This document shows positions 42,935 to 53,055 of a stretch of 54,010 nucleotides of DNA, one piece after another; within the stretch, counting starts at the first letter, position 1; every line of letters starts with the position of its first letter. Origin of the DNA: Candidatus Thermofontivivens primus. GTDB lineage: Bacteria; Sysuimicrobiota; Sysuimicrobiia; Sysuimicrobiales; Thermofontiviventaceae. Under the pieces are notes generated by a model. The model was not told where the DNA came from. It searched no databases and saw nothing but the letters and a program-made list of their open reading frames with translations. Where the stretch lies: assembly GCA_031458695.1 (NCBI GenBank), contig JAVKJW010000015.1:1-54010 (forward strand), written 5' to 3'. Both the position numbers and the translations under genes were made by a program.

Positions 42935-42975
42935 AAGTCCCCCGGCAAAAGTCTGAGACTTCTGCCGGGGGACTT
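42935..42975. terminator. bidirectional hairpin between convergent genes (member of the REP-like family)
   Basis: AAGTCCCCCGGCAAAAGTC-tga-GACTTCTGCCGGGGGACTT. Confidence 0.75.
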
Positions 42976-42994
42976 TGCACCGTCTCCTCGAGGA

Positions 42995-44566
42995 TTACTC
43001 CTTGTAGATGAGCCAGGTGCGGAAGTTCATGGTGGGATCGAGCACGATCCCCTTCACGTTCTTCTGGGCAATGGCCACTGCCTGCTGGTCGTTCTTCCAC
43101 AGGGGCACGAGGATCGCCGTCTCCGCCAGCAGGCGCTGAGCCTCCTGGTAGAGGGTCTGTCGCTTGGACTTCTCCGCGGTCAGCTTCGCATCGGTGAGGA
43201 GCTTCTGGAACCTGGAGTACGCCTGCTTGTCCGCAGGGTTTGTGGCCTTGTTCAGGAAAGTGCCTAGCCCCTCCGGGGACTCCGTCAGCCAGGGAGCGAG
43301 GAAGTTGTCGGGGTCCACGAAGTCAGGATACCATCCCAGGAAGAAGATCCCGAACTCGCCCTTGGACATGGCCTTGACATAGGCACCCCACTCCAAGGAC
43401 TTAACGTCCACGCTCATCATCCCTGTCTGCTCGAGGCTTGACTTCACCACAGCCGCCACATCTGCCTCCGTGGTCCCGTAGTGCAGCGGGGTGTACCAGA
43501 GGGTGATCGCCAGCTTCTTCGTCGTGGAGTAGCCAGCCTCACGCAGCAGGGCACGCGCCTGGTCCAGGTTCCGCTTCGGGAAAGCCGGGACATGGCTCCA
43601 CAACCCTGGCGGGACCATGCTATAGAGCGGGGAGTTCAAGCCCGCGAAGACGTCCCGCACGATCCGCTCACGATCCACAGCGTAGGCGATTGCCCGGCGG
43701 ACCTTCGGGTTGTCAAAGGGCTTGGCTGTCACGTTGAACACAATATACCGCACGGACATGCTCGGTCCTCGCAGGACCTGCAGGTTGGGGTTCTTGGACA
43801 GACGGACGATGTCCTCGGGGTTAAAGGTCCTGTACCCCACGTCCACCTGTCCTGCCTCCACGGCTGCGGCCAAGGCGGAGGCGTCCGCGAAGAAGACGGT
43901 GATCACGCGCGGGCTCTTCGGCTGGGGTCCCCAGTAGCCCTTGTAGGCTTCGTACACTGTTCGCTGCTCGGGGATGTACTGGACGAGGCGGTAAGGACCG
44001 GTCCCCGCGTACCTCCCCTTGGCGAACTCGTTCGCCGGCGTGGACTTGGGGCTGAAGATCATCGCAGGAGCGATGGGGTCGGACATCCGGGCAAGGAACG
44101 TGGCGTCCGGCTGCTTGAGGGTGAAGCGCACGGTAAAGTCGTCCACCACGTCGATCTTCCCAATATTCATGATGAGGGCTACGCCGCCTTCAGGGCCGTT
44201 GAGCCGCAAGGCGCGCTCAATCGACCACTTGACGGCCGCAGCATCAAACGGCGTGCCGTCGGTGAACGTGACCCCCTTGCGGAGCTTGAAGGTGTATACC
44301 TTCCCGTCGGGGGAGATGGTCCAGCTCGTCGCCAGGGAGGGGCCGATCTCCGTTGTCCCTGGCTTGAAGGTCACAAGCGCCTCGGCGGTCTGTTGAAACA
44401 CATGCCACGTCCAGTAGTCGTAGGAGTTCTCCGGGGAGAGCTCGGTGATCCTGTCGGTCGTCCCAATCACCAGTGTCCCTTTCTCCCGCTGGGCAACCGC
44501 CCCAGGGGAAAGGAGAAGGGCAAGGGTGAGGACCGCACATGCGACAACCCCAACGCGACGCGACAT
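42995..44566 (-). CDS. peptide/nickel ABC transporter substrate-binding protein (family 5)
   Basis: Signal peptide, P.LATSW..S.DG..YTF.LR.GV.F.DG, GTGPY and VRRAIAYAVDR motifs. Confidence 0.93.
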   Translation of the reverse strand: MSRRVGVVACAVLTLALLLSPGAVAQREKGTLVIGTTDRITELSPENSYDYWTWHVFQQTAEALVTFKPGTTEIGPSLATSWTISPDGKVYTFKLRKGVTFTDGTPFDAAAVKWSIERALRLNGPEGGVALIMNIGKIDVVDDFTVRFTLKQPDATFLARMSDPIAPAMIFSPKSTPANEFAKGRYAGTGPYRLVQYIPEQRTVYEAYKGYWGPQPKSPRVITVFFADASALAAAVEAGQVDVGYRTFNPEDIVRLSKNPNLQVLRGPSMSVRYIVFNVTAKPFDNPKVRRAIAYAVDRERIVRDVFAGLNSPLYSMVPPGLWSHVPAFPKRNLDQARALLREAGYSTTKKLAITLWYTPLHYGTTEADVAAVVKSSLEQTGMMSVDVKSLEWGAYVKAMSKGEFGIFFLGWYPDFVDPDNFLAPWLTESPEGLGTFLNKATNPADKQAYSRFQKLLTDAKLTAEKSKRQTLYQEAQRLLAETAILVPLWKNDQQAVAIAQKNVKGIVLDPTMNFRTWLIYKE

Positions 44567-44622
44567 TCCCTTTCACCTCCCTTCAGGATAAAACCACACA
44601 CTGCAATCTTTGCACTTCGCCA

Positions 44623-45519
44623 CTAGATCCTCCGACGCCTCCTGGGATTGAGGAGGTCGTTTACCCCCTCCCCAATCATCCCGAACGCCACGGAAACCAG
44701 GATGATCATCAACCCCGGAAAGGTAATGAGCCACCAGTAGCCCGCCTGCAGGAACTTCTGCCCGTTTTGGATATCAAATCCCCAATCTGGGGTGGGCGGC
44801 GGGAGACCGAACCCCAGGAAGGAGAGCGCAGCCTCGGTAAGGATAGCGTCGGCGATGGTGAACGAGGGCACCGTCATCACAGCAGGAAGGGTGTTCGGGG
44901 CGATGTGTCGGAGAAGGATCCGCCAATGGGTCCCTCCCATAGCCCGCGCCGCCTCCACAAACTCTTGCTCCTTCAACGTCAGCACCTGGGCCCGGGCAAC
45001 CCGGAAGTAGGTAGGGATGTACACGAAGGCAATGGCTCCGATCATATTCAAAAGCCCCGGGCCTAACATGGCGACGATGGCAATGGCCAGGATGAGGCTT
45101 GGGAAAGAGTAGATCGCATCCATCAAGACGGAGAGCCCCCGGTCCAGCCGCCCTCCGAAGTACCCCGAGATCCACCCCAGGCTCGTCCCCAGGGAAAAGG
45201 AGATCGCCACAGAGACTGCGGCCACGAGGAGGGGCAGTCGGCCTCCATAGAGAACCCGGCTCAGAACATCCCGGTGGAGCTGATCGGTCCCCATGAGATG
45301 GGCTGCGCTCGGGGGCGCAAGACGCCCCCCAGGAGACTGTACCGTAGGATCGTAGGGAGCCAATAGCGGAGCGAGGATCGTAACCGTTACTACGATCCCT
45401 ACGATCACAGTCCCTATAAGGAGGATGGAATGCCTCCGGACCACCCCCAGGAAGGATGGGCGGGCACGCGCCTCTGGCTCTGTAACGAATCGCGCAACCT
45501 CAGCCACTGCACTCACCAA
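44623..45519 (-). CDS. peptide ABC transporter permease (DppC-like)
   Basis: GTDQL.RDV.SR, EAA motif, RHI.PN and EAALSFLG.G motifs. Confidence 0.93.
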   Translation of the reverse strand: MVSAVAEVARFVTEPEARARPSFLGVVRRHSILLIGTVIVGIVVTVTILAPLLAPYDPTVQSPGGRLAPPSAAHLMGTDQLHRDVLSRVLYGGRLPLLVAAVSVAISFSLGTSLGWISGYFGGRLDRGLSVLMDAIYSFPSLILAIAIVAMLGPGLLNMIGAIAFVYIPTYFRVARAQVLTLKEQEFVEAARAMGGTHWRILLRHIAPNTLPAVMTVPSFTIADAILTEAALSFLGFGLPPPTPDWGFDIQNGQKFLQAGYWWLITFPGLMIILVSVAFGMIGEGVNDLLNPRRRRRI

Positions 45520-45567
45520 TAGAAACCGGGCGGAGGAAATCCCGCCGAACGATTCTGCTAGGGCCCA

Positions 45568-46596
45568 TCAGTACCGGATCCGCGGATCGAGCCGCGCATA
45601 GGCGATATCCACAAGAAGGTTCACCATCGAGATGAAGATCGCAATGAATACAACCGTCCCCTGGATGGCCTGGAAGTCCCTGGCATCGATGCTCACAAGG
45701 AGGAAGCGGGCGATCCCTGGCCAGGAATACACGGTCTCCGTCAGGATGGCTCCTCCCATGAGCAGGGCGAACTCCAGGCCGATGACCGTCACAATGGGGA
45801 TGAGGGCGTTCTTCAGAGCATGGCGCAAGACCACCACCCGCTCGACCAGTCCTTTCGCGCGGGCGACAGTCACGTACTCTTTATCTAGGACCTCCAGCAT
45901 ACTGGAGCGTGTCATGCGGCCAATGAAACCCGACACCACAAGACCCAGCGTGAGGGCAGGAAGGAAGAGGTGCCGGAGGGCATCGAGGAAGAGGCCGAAA
46001 TCGCGGCGTAGGAGGGTATCGAGGAGGTAGAAGTTGGTGATCGGCTCGAACAAGGCTGCAGCGACAGGGTCGAGCCGGCCCCCCACTGGGAAGATGCCAA
46101 GCCGGACGGCGAACACCATCAGGAACATGAGCCCGATCCAGAAGACGGGCATGGAGAAGGAAGCGATGTTCAGGACCCGCACCCCATGGTCGATGCTGGT
46201 GTCGTGGCGCACTGCGGCGATGACCCCGCTCACAAGCCCAATGAACACGGCGACGAACATTCCAGAGGCGGCCAGCTCAAAGGTGGCGGGGAAAGCTTGG
46301 AACAGCTCCTCCAGGACAGGCCGTCCCGTGCGGATGGAAATGCCAAAGTCGCCACGGGCGATGCCCAAGAGGTAGTGGAGGTACTGGACCACGATGGGGC
46401 GGTCCACCCCGAGCTCCTGGCGGCAGCGAGCGATCACCTCAGGGCCCACGTTCCGACCTCCGAGCATGGCAAGGCAAGGGTCCCCTGGCATCACCCGCAG
46501 GATGAGGAAGACCACCGTGAGGAGGATAAGAAGCATGGGGATTGTCATCACAAGACGCGCGGCAATGTACCGGCCAAGTCCTCCCAAGGCTCCCAC
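45568..46596 (-). CDS. peptide ABC transporter permease (DppB-like)
   Basis: PGDP, GDFG.S, P.T.EL, ARAKGL..HALKNA and TETVYSWPG motifs. Confidence 0.93.
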   Translation of the reverse strand: MGALGGLGRYIAARLVMTIPMLLILLTVVFLILRVMPGDPCLAMLGGRNVGPEVIARCRQELGVDRPIVVQYLHYLLGIARGDFGISIRTGRPVLEELFQAFPATFELAASGMFVAVFIGLVSGVIAAVRHDTSIDHGVRVLNIASFSMPVFWIGLMFLMVFAVRLGIFPVGGRLDPVAAALFEPITNFYLLDTLLRRDFGLFLDALRHLFLPALTLGLVVSGFIGRMTRSSMLEVLDKEYVTVARAKGLVERVVVLRHALKNALIPIVTVIGLEFALLMGGAILTETVYSWPGIARFLLVSIDARDFQAIQGTVVFIAIFISMVNLLVDIAYARLDPRIRY

Positions 46597-46767
46597 CTCG
46601 ATCCCCTCTTTGTGTTCGCTGTCGCGGACGCGTCCCCTGCTTGCACGAGGGGAAGCCGGGAAAAGGAGAATCTTCGGTCACAGGAGAAGTGTTCTAGAGA
46701 TCCACAGGATACTCGCAAGATTCCTGCTGGGTACTTCGATGCTCACCAGCGCGAAGGAGGGAGGCGA

Positions 46768-47589
46768 ATGCGTACACGATGGCTCATTGGGTTGATCGTG
46801 ATCTTCGCCCTGGCCCTGGCCGGGTGCGCTCGCCAGCAGGCCCAGCAGCCTGCTGCGCCCGCTCCAGAAGCAGCCAAGCTTCCCGATCTTGGCGGGAGGG
46901 AACTCAGGATCGCCAGCGATACCACCTACCCGCCCTTTGAGTTTGTGGACAAGAACAAGAACATCGTTGGGTTCGATGTGGACATGATGAATGAAATCTG
47001 CAAGCGTGTCAACTGCAAGGCGACCTTCGTCCCCACGGCATGGGATGGGATCTTCGTCGCACTCCAGCAGGGCCAGTTTGACGCCGTCGTCTCTGGGGTC
47101 ACCATCACCGAGGAGAGGAAGAAAACCATGGATTTCTCCGATCCCTACCTGCGCTACGGCCAGGTCGTCCTTGTGCGTGCGGACGAGGAGCGCATCAAGG
47201 GGCTCGAGGATCTGAAAGGCATGACCGTAGCCGTCCAGACGGGCACCACCAACGACGAGACCGCCACAGCGCTCCAGAAGGAAGGCAAGGTGGGGGCGGT
47301 GAAGCGCTACGACACCTTTGACCTCGCCGTTGCCGCACTCATCAACAAGGACGTAGACGCCGTGATCATCGACAGTCCTGCCGCTGATGGGTTCAAGGCA
47401 GCTAACCCTGGCAAGCTCAAGATCGCCGGCGAACCCTTCACGAGCGAGGCCCTGGGCATCGTCGTCCAGAAGGGCAACACGGAGCTGCTCGAGGCCTTCA
47501 ACGCGGCACTCAAGCAGATGAAGGAGGACGGGACGCTGGATCGCCTGTACCAGAAGTGGTTCGTAGAGTTCAAACCTGGACAGCAGTAA
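46768..47589 (+). CDS. polar amino-acid ABC transporter substrate-binding lipoprotein
   Basis: LAGC lipobox, YPPFE, GFDVD and ITEER..DFS.PY motifs. Confidence 0.93.
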   Translation: MRTRWLIGLIVIFALALAGCARQQAQQPAAPAPEAAKLPDLGGRELRIASDTTYPPFEFVDKNKNIVGFDVDMMNEICKRVNCKATFVPTAWDGIFVALQQGQFDAVVSGVTITEERKKTMDFSDPYLRYGQVVLVRADEERIKGLEDLKGMTVAVQTGTTNDETATALQKEGKVGAVKRYDTFDLAVAALINKDVDAVIIDSPAADGFKAANPGKLKIAGEPFTSEALGIVVQKGNTELLEAFNAALKQMKEDGTLDRLYQKWFVEFKPGQQ

Positions 47590-47641
47590 GGTTCCTCCGA
47601 CTCCGCTTGGGTCCCATTACATCTTCTCTCCTCCCAGGAGG

Positions 47642-48457
47642 GTGGAGGGAGAGAGCTTGGTCGAGGCTGAACGAGAGACGCTGACAAAAGGTGCGATCCG
47701 CCTGGAGAGGCCGAGGGGGAGGGTAGTTCCCCTCCCCCTCGAGAGAGTCCCCTGGTGGGCGCTGATCTTACTTATGGCAGGGCTGGTGGTAACCTACACC
47801 ATCGCCACGTCCGCCGTCTACCAGGAGACCCTCCGCTTTCTCGCCCGGGGCGTCGTGCGAACCCTCCAGCTCTCCGTGAGCGCCTATGCCATCGCCTTGG
47901 TTCTTGGCCTCATCGCTGGCCTGGCCAGAGTTTCCAAGCGCCCTGTGTTCTACACCCTCGGGACCCTCTACGTAGAGGTGATCCGGGGGATCCCCTTGCT
48001 GGTGCAACTCATCTACATCGCCTTCGTGGTTGCCCCAGCGCTGGGGATCCGGAACGACATGGCGAGGGCTACTCTCGGCCTTGGGATCGGCTACGGAGCC
48101 TACCTCGCCGAAATCTACCGGGCTGGAATCGAATCGATTCCGCGGGGGCAGATGGAGGCCGCCCTCTCTCTGGGGATGACCTATGGACAGGCAATGCGCT
48201 ACGTCATCCTTCCCCAGGCGATCCGTGTGATCCTCCCACCCCTGGGGAATGACTTCATCGCCATGCTCAAGGATTCTTCCTTGGCCTCGGCCATTGCCGT
48301 CTCGGAGCTCACCCATTCCGGGCGCCTCCTCACCGCTAGGACATTCCGGGCCTTCGAGACGTATAATATGGTCGCGCTCCTTTACCTGATGATGACCCTG
48401 CTGGGATCTTTGGGGGTGCGGATCCTTGAACGGTACACCTCAGGTGGCAAGCAATAA
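47642..48457 (+). CDS. polar amino-acid ABC transporter permease
   Basis: [27 protein letters not shown] and LKDSSL motifs. Confidence 0.93.
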   Translation: MEGESLVEAERETLTKGAIRLERPRGRVVPLPLERVPWWALILLMAGLVVTYTIATSAVYQETLRFLARGVVRTLQLSVSAYAIALVLGLIAGLARVSKRPVFYTLGTLYVEVIRGIPLLVQLIYIAFVVAPALGIRNDMARATLGLGIGYGAYLAEIYRAGIESIPRGQMEAALSLGMTYGQAMRYVILPQAIRVILPPLGNDFIAMLKDSSLASAIAVSELTHSGRLLTARTFRAFETYNMVALLYLMMTLLGSLGVRILERYTSGGKQ

Positions 48458-48461
48458 CCAG

Positions 48462-49202
48462 ATGGATGAAGCTCCCATTGTCCAGGTGTACGACGTCCAC
48501 AAGACCTTCGGCGGCCATGTCAAAGCCCTCCAGGGCGTGACCTTCTCTGTGCGGAAGCAGGAGGTTGTGGTAATCATCGGACCAAGCGGGTCCGGGAAGA
48601 GTACCCTCCTGCGCTGCATCAACGGCCTCGAGCCCGTGGATCGCGGCCGGATCATCGTGGACAACATGGAGGTCACAAAGCCCGGGACCAACCTGTTCAA
48701 GATCCGCCAGGAGGTGGGAATGGTCTTCCAGCAGTTCAACCTCTTCCCCCACCTCACAGCCCTCCAGAACATCACCCTCGCCCCGATCGTCGTCAAGAAG
48801 ATGCCCAGGGAGGAAGCAGAGGCCCTCGCCCTCAGCCTCTTGGAGCGCGTGGGCCTCAAGGAGAAGGCCCACAGCTACCCTAACCAGCTCTCCGGTGGCC
48901 AGCAGCAGCGTGTGGCCATCGCCCGGGCACTGGCCATGAATCCCAAGGTCATGATGTTCGATGAGCCCACCTCCGCCCTCGACCCAGAGATGATCAAGGA
49001 GGTCCTGGACGTGATGGAGCAGCTCGCGCGAGAGGGGATGACAATGCTCGTCGTCACGCACGAAATGGGATTCGCCCGGGAGGCGGGGGACCGGGTCATC
49101 TTCATGGACGAGGGGAGGATCATTGAGGAGGGGACCCCGGAGGAAATCTTCTCTAACCCTAAAGAGGAACGCACCAAGCTCTTCCTCAGCAAGATCCTCT
49201 GA
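48462..49202 (+). CDS. polar amino-acid ABC transporter ATPase (GlnQ-like)
   Basis: [24 protein letters not shown] and [11 protein letters not shown] motifs. Confidence 0.95.
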   Translation: MDEAPIVQVYDVHKTFGGHVKALQGVTFSVRKQEVVVIIGPSGSGKSTLLRCINGLEPVDRGRIIVDNMEVTKPGTNLFKIRQEVGMVFQQFNLFPHLTALQNITLAPIVVKKMPREEAEALALSLLERVGLKEKAHSYPNQLSGGQQQRVAIARALAMNPKVMMFDEPTSALDPEMIKEVLDVMEQLAREGMTMLVVTHEMGFAREAGDRVIFMDEGRIIEEGTPEEIFSNPKEERTKLFLSKIL

Positions 49203-49213
49203 ACGAATTGCAG

Positions 49214-49242
49214 TTGACGGGTCTCCGGAAGGGCCCTATCAT
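49214..49242 (+). promoter_or_regulatory. sigma70 promoter of tRNA-Val
   Basis: TTGACG-17-TATCAT, 15 nt before the tRNA. Confidence 0.7.
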
Positions 49243-49257
49243 CTAGGTGAGGAAGGT

Positions 49258-49332
49258 GGGCGAGTAGCTCAGGGGGAGAGCACCACTCTGACGCAGTGGG
49301 GGTCGCAGGTTCAAATCCTGCCTCGCCCACCA
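49258..49332 (+). tRNA. tRNA-Val(GAC)
   Basis: Acceptor stem GGGCGAG/CTCGCCC, anticodon arm CCACT-CTGACGC-AGTGG, GGTTCAAAT T-loop and encoded CCA. Confidence 0.96.
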
Positions 49333-49373
49333 TGATTTTTTAGGGATTTCCTGCGAGGGGCCTGAGAAGCGAA

Positions 49374-49817
49374 ATGCACGTTGCCATCGAGCCTGCGAAG
49401 AACGAAGATCTTGCTGCCCTCTTTGCTTTGCTCGAGCGGAGCGGACTCCCGAAAGACGGTCTGGTCGAGCACCTCAGCACGACGCTCGTGGCCCGTGCAG
49501 GAGGAAGCGTGGTAGGGAGCGCGGCCCTGGAGCTGTATGGCTCAGCAGCACTCTTGCGGTCTGTCGCCGTAGATCCGCCGCTTCGGGGGAAAGGCCTGGG
49601 GACCCTCCTGACGCACGCAGCCCTCACGCGAGCACGTCAGCATGGCGTAAGGGAGATATACCTTCTGACCGAGACAGCAGGGGAGTTCTTCTCCCGATTC
49701 GGCTTCCAACCCATTGACCGCGCGGAGGTACCTCCCGCAATCCAAGCCTCTGTCGAATTCACCTCCGCCTGCCCCACTACCGCCCTCGTGATGGCCCTCC
49801 GCCTACCCCATCTTTAA
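49374..49817 (+). CDS. GNAT acetyltransferase, ArsN2-like
   Basis: LLRSVAV, RGKGLG, YLLTETA..FF...GF and EF...CP motifs. Confidence 0.85.
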   Translation: MHVAIEPAKNEDLAALFALLERSGLPKDGLVEHLSTTLVARAGGSVVGSAALELYGSAALLRSVAVDPPLRGKGLGTLLTHAALTRARQHGVREIYLLTETAGEFFSRFGFQPIDRAEVPPAIQASVEFTSACPTTALVMALRLPHL

Positions 49818-50510
49818 ATAGAGGATGCGGCCACACTCCTCGCAGGTCACGAGGGTCTCTTTCTCCCGGACCTTGGAGAGGATGCCCGCCGGGAGGGCGA
49901 CGTTGCAACCCCCACACACCTCACCCGCGACGAATGCCACCGCCTTTCCCCCTTTCCGTTCCCGCAGGTACTCGTACTTCTCCAGGAGCTCCGGGTCGAT
50001 CTGGGAAATCAGCTCCTCCCGCCGCCGGCGAAGAAGACCTAGACTCCCTTCCACCTCCCGGATGCGGCTCCGGTAGTCCTCAAGATACTCCTCTAAGGCC
50101 CGCTCCCGCTGGGCTACCTCGGCCTCGAGCTGGGCCACATCCCGGAGGAATCCCTCCGTCTCATCGAGCAGAACAAGAATCTCGTCCTCGAGGCGGTCCT
50201 TCATCCGCCCCAAGGCTTCTACTTCCCCCTGCAGGCCTGCGAGTTCCTTTGGGTTGGTGATGCGACCGCTGTAGAGATCCTGCTCGAGCTTCTTTTGCTT
50301 TTGCACAATGGACTCGAGCTGGAGCTCAAGGGCCCGCAGGCGGGCCTGCTTCCCCCTGAGCTGTTCCCGCATCTGCACGAGCCTGGTTTTTGCTTCGTCC
50401 AGGGAGGTCCTCAGGGAGGTCCCATCATCGAGGGAACGCCGGACTTGCTCCAGGTGGTCGATCCTGGAATCCAGCTCCTGCAGGCTCGCCAGCCGATCGA
50501 GATCCTCCAT
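49803..50510 (-). CDS. coiled-coil protein with C-terminal C4 zinc ribbon
   Basis: LQELD N-terminus, long coiled coil, and CGGC...CEECGRILY. Confidence 0.88.
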   Translation of the reverse strand: MEDLDRLASLQELDSRIDHLEQVRRSLDDGTSLRTSLDEAKTRLVQMREQLRGKQARLRALELQLESIVQKQKKLEQDLYSGRITNPKELAGLQGEVEALGRMKDRLEDEILVLLDETEGFLRDVAQLEAEVAQRERALEEYLEDYRSRIREVEGSLGLLRRRREELISQIDPELLEKYEYLRERKGGKAVAFVAGEVCGGCNVALPAGILSKVREKETLVTCEECGRILYLKMG

Positions 50511-50765
50511 CACAATAGGAGTAGTCACCCCGCCGAAATCGTGAAAGACCTTGCACCCTGACACAGGGAAAGCGTCTACCTACTTCCTGAGGGGGAGCGG
50601 GAAATCCTGCCGCCTCACCGAAGGGCTTCACCTTACAATTAGAGAAGGATTTTCCGGGGGTGTGTCGTATTGGAGAAGGGTACCCTCCTCACGGCTGCAA
50701 GGTCCTTGCTGATCGCTCCAGGCCCCGGAGGTGAGACCAAAAAAGAAAGTAAGGAGGGAGATCTC

Positions 50766-50984
50766 ATGAGAAGGTTGGCCGCCCTTATAATCCTTGCTGT
50801 ACTTCTGGCGGGGGTCTTAGCCTCCGTGGCGGTAGCGGCGTCAGGCGTGGACTTCTACCCTGGGGACGATCCCCCGAAAGCGTCAGGTGCGAACGGCGGC
50901 TCCAGCTGCAAGAATGGCCATCCTGTGGGAAGCAACCATCCACCCTATAACGACGCAGCATGCGAAAAACCCGGCCAAAACTGA
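50766..50984 (+). CDS. small secreted peptide precursor (72 aa, 2 Cys)
   Basis: AAGGAGG RBS; signal peptide MRRLAALIILAVLLAGVLASVAVA; G/P/S/N-rich mature part. Confidence 0.75.
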   Translation: MRRLAALIILAVLLAGVLASVAVAASGVDFYPGDDPPKASGANGGSSCKNGHPVGSNHPPYNDAACEKPGQN

Positions 50985-51045
50985 GCCGTCCCCCTCGGAT
51001 GTCGGTCTGAGCATGGCCTAGTCTTCATCTCACGGGAGCGAAGGT

Positions 51046-52377
51046 ATGGATCCCTCGCCTCTCTCTCCTCAAGCGAGGAAGTTCTTGTGGATCGTTTCCG
51101 GGACGACTCTCGCGCTTACCGTCGCCACCGGGATCGGTAGGCTCGAGTCAGCACTCATCCTTCCCAATGCCCGGCAGATCGCTCCAATGATCTTCGCCAT
51201 CGCCGCCATTGTCCTCGGGCGGTTCTATCCCGTCTGTCTTGGGGAGAAGATCAGGGCACAGGTCAGCGAAATCGTTACCTTTGCGGCCATCCTGCTCTTC
51301 CACCCACTGACTGCAGCTCTGATCGCCGCGATGGGGTGTGCGTTGTACTATGGGATTCAGATGTTCACATCAAGGTGGCCTCCTTACATCCTCATCTTTA
51401 ATACGGCACAGCACTCTCTGGCGACTTTGCTCAGTGGCCTTGCCTACCACGGGTTTCACGACTCTGTGCAGTTCCACCTTGCCACCCCTTTTGATCTCTC
51501 ACGCCTCGTGGCGGCAGCAACCATCTATGTCGCGGCGAACTGGTCCCTCTCCGTGACCTTCTCTGGCCTCGTCCAGGGCCGGAACCCCCTCTCCCTGGGG
51601 ATCAGCCTGTGGAAGCGCACCTGGATCTTAGAGGTCTCAGGTCCTTTCCTGGGCGTTATCCTGGCAATCGTCTACCTCTATGCACCGATCGCCGCCGCCC
51701 TGCTGGTGATCCCCTTCATCGCTGTCCACCAGTCCTACCAAGCCAGCGTCCTCCTTCGCAACCAGACCCGGGAGACCCTGGAACTCCTTGCAGATACGGT
51801 GGATCAGCGTGACCCTTACACCTACCAGCACTCCATCCGGGTAGCGGAGCACGCCAGGGCCCTAGCCGAGCGCCTGGGTCTTCCTCCCGATGAGGTGGAT
51901 ACGATCGCCCTGGCCGCAAGGGTTCATGATCTGGGAAAGATCGGCGTCCCAGACGGGCTCCTGCTGAAACCCCAAACCCTCACCGCCTCCGAGTTAGAGG
52001 AGATCCGCCGACACACCACCCTTGGGGCGAACATCGTGAGCAAGCTCCCCCAGTACAGGCAGGGGAAGGAGTGTATCCTCTACCATCATGAGCGGTACGA
52101 TGGAAGCGGTCTTTTCGGGCTCTCTGGGAAGCAGATCCCACTTGGGGCCAGGATCATCGCTGTGGCAGACGCGTTCGATGCCATGACCTCTCACAGACCC
52201 TACCGACAGGCGCTCCCCGTACAGGCAGCACTCCAAGAGCTCCAAAAGGAAAAAGGCAGGCAGTTCGATCCCGAGATCGTGGATGTCTTCATCGAGATGA
52301 TGCTGGAGAGGGAACAGAAGGAACCCGAGCTGGTCTCCCCTCCCCACCCTTCTGAGCCATCCAAGATCGCCCTGTGA
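51046..52377 (+). CDS. membrane-anchored HD-GYP-type phosphohydrolase
   Basis: Multi-TM N-terminus; RDPYT..HS.RV, HDLGK, HHERYDG and ADAFDAMTS.RPYR motifs. GYP is replaced by GLF. Confidence 0.9.
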   Translation: MDPSPLSPQARKFLWIVSGTTLALTVATGIGRLESALILPNARQIAPMIFAIAAIVLGRFYPVCLGEKIRAQVSEIVTFAAILLFHPLTAALIAAMGCALYYGIQMFTSRWPPYILIFNTAQHSLATLLSGLAYHGFHDSVQFHLATPFDLSRLVAAATIYVAANWSLSVTFSGLVQGRNPLSLGISLWKRTWILEVSGPFLGVILAIVYLYAPIAAALLVIPFIAVHQSYQASVLLRNQTRETLELLADTVDQRDPYTYQHSIRVAEHARALAERLGLPPDEVDTIALAARVHDLGKIGVPDGLLLKPQTLTASELEEIRRHTTLGANIVSKLPQYRQGKECILYHHERYDGSGLFGLSGKQIPLGARIIAVADAFDAMTSHRPYRQALPVQAALQELQKEKGRQFDPEIVDVFIEMMLEREQKEPELVSPPHPSEPSKIAL

Positions 52378-52413
52378 AGGAGGGAACGTCGAAAGAGGTT
52401 TGCCGGAGGTCTT

Positions 52414-53055
52414 TTATTCCCGCTTTCCAGTGCCTGCCCCGACAGGTGCTTTGGGTGAAGCCGGTGACTTGGAAGACTCCTTTTTAGCCTTCTCTGCCTG
52501 TGGAGCAGGTTTCTTGGCCTCCTTGGGAGGGGCAGCTGAGGCCGGCTTCACGGGCTTCGTTGCTTGAGGCCTTGGAACCACAGACGGCCTTGCAGCCACG
52601 GGCCTCGCTGAAGGGAGGGGGCGGGTGGGAGCTGGCGCCAGTTCAGGTTTTATCTCTGCGATCTTGAGCTTCTTATACTTCGTTTCCAACCACTTCTGGT
52701 ACCGCTGCCCAAGGCGCTCGAACATGTCGAACAGGTCAGGCCAGTGGAAGTCTTGGCGCAAGCCCTTTACAATGGGCTCGAGCTTAGCCCAAGGGACCGG
52801 AAAGACCTCAAAAACCGCCTCCTCAGGAAGGGCCCCTGCCTCGACCAGGGCCCCCAAGTTGTCACAGAATACAGCGACCCGAAGGACGTTGGTGAATCGG
52901 ATACTCCCCGGTGGGCACTCCACGATGAAGCTGTTGTAATCCTTGGCGTCGAACTGGAAGATCGTGTACTGGAAGGCATCGAGGTTCTGGGGGGTATCGG
53001 CCATCGCCATGAGGCGCAAAAGATAATCAATCTCTTGCGGCCGGAGTTTCCGCAA
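52414..53055 (-). CDS. hypothetical protein: helical N-domain (DUF4760-like, tentative) with a P/A/K-rich disordered tail
   Basis: GAGGTG RBS before TTG; low-complexity basic C-terminus. Confidence 0.75.
   Translation of the reverse strand: MRKLRPQEIDYLLRLMAMADTPQNLDAFQYTIFQFDAKDYNSFIVECPPGSIRFTNVLRVAVFCDNLGALVEAGALPEEAVFEVFPVPWAKLEPIVKGLRQDFHWPDLFDMFERLGQRYQKWLETKYKKLKIAEIKPELAPAPTRPLPSARPVAARPSVVPRPQATKPVKPASAAPPKEAKKPAPQAEKAKKESSKSPASPKAPVGAGTGKRE

Noticed and set aside
49333..49817. Genomic island integrated at tRNA-Val
   Set aside because: No integrase, no duplicated tRNA 3' end seen, and no obvious compositional shift.
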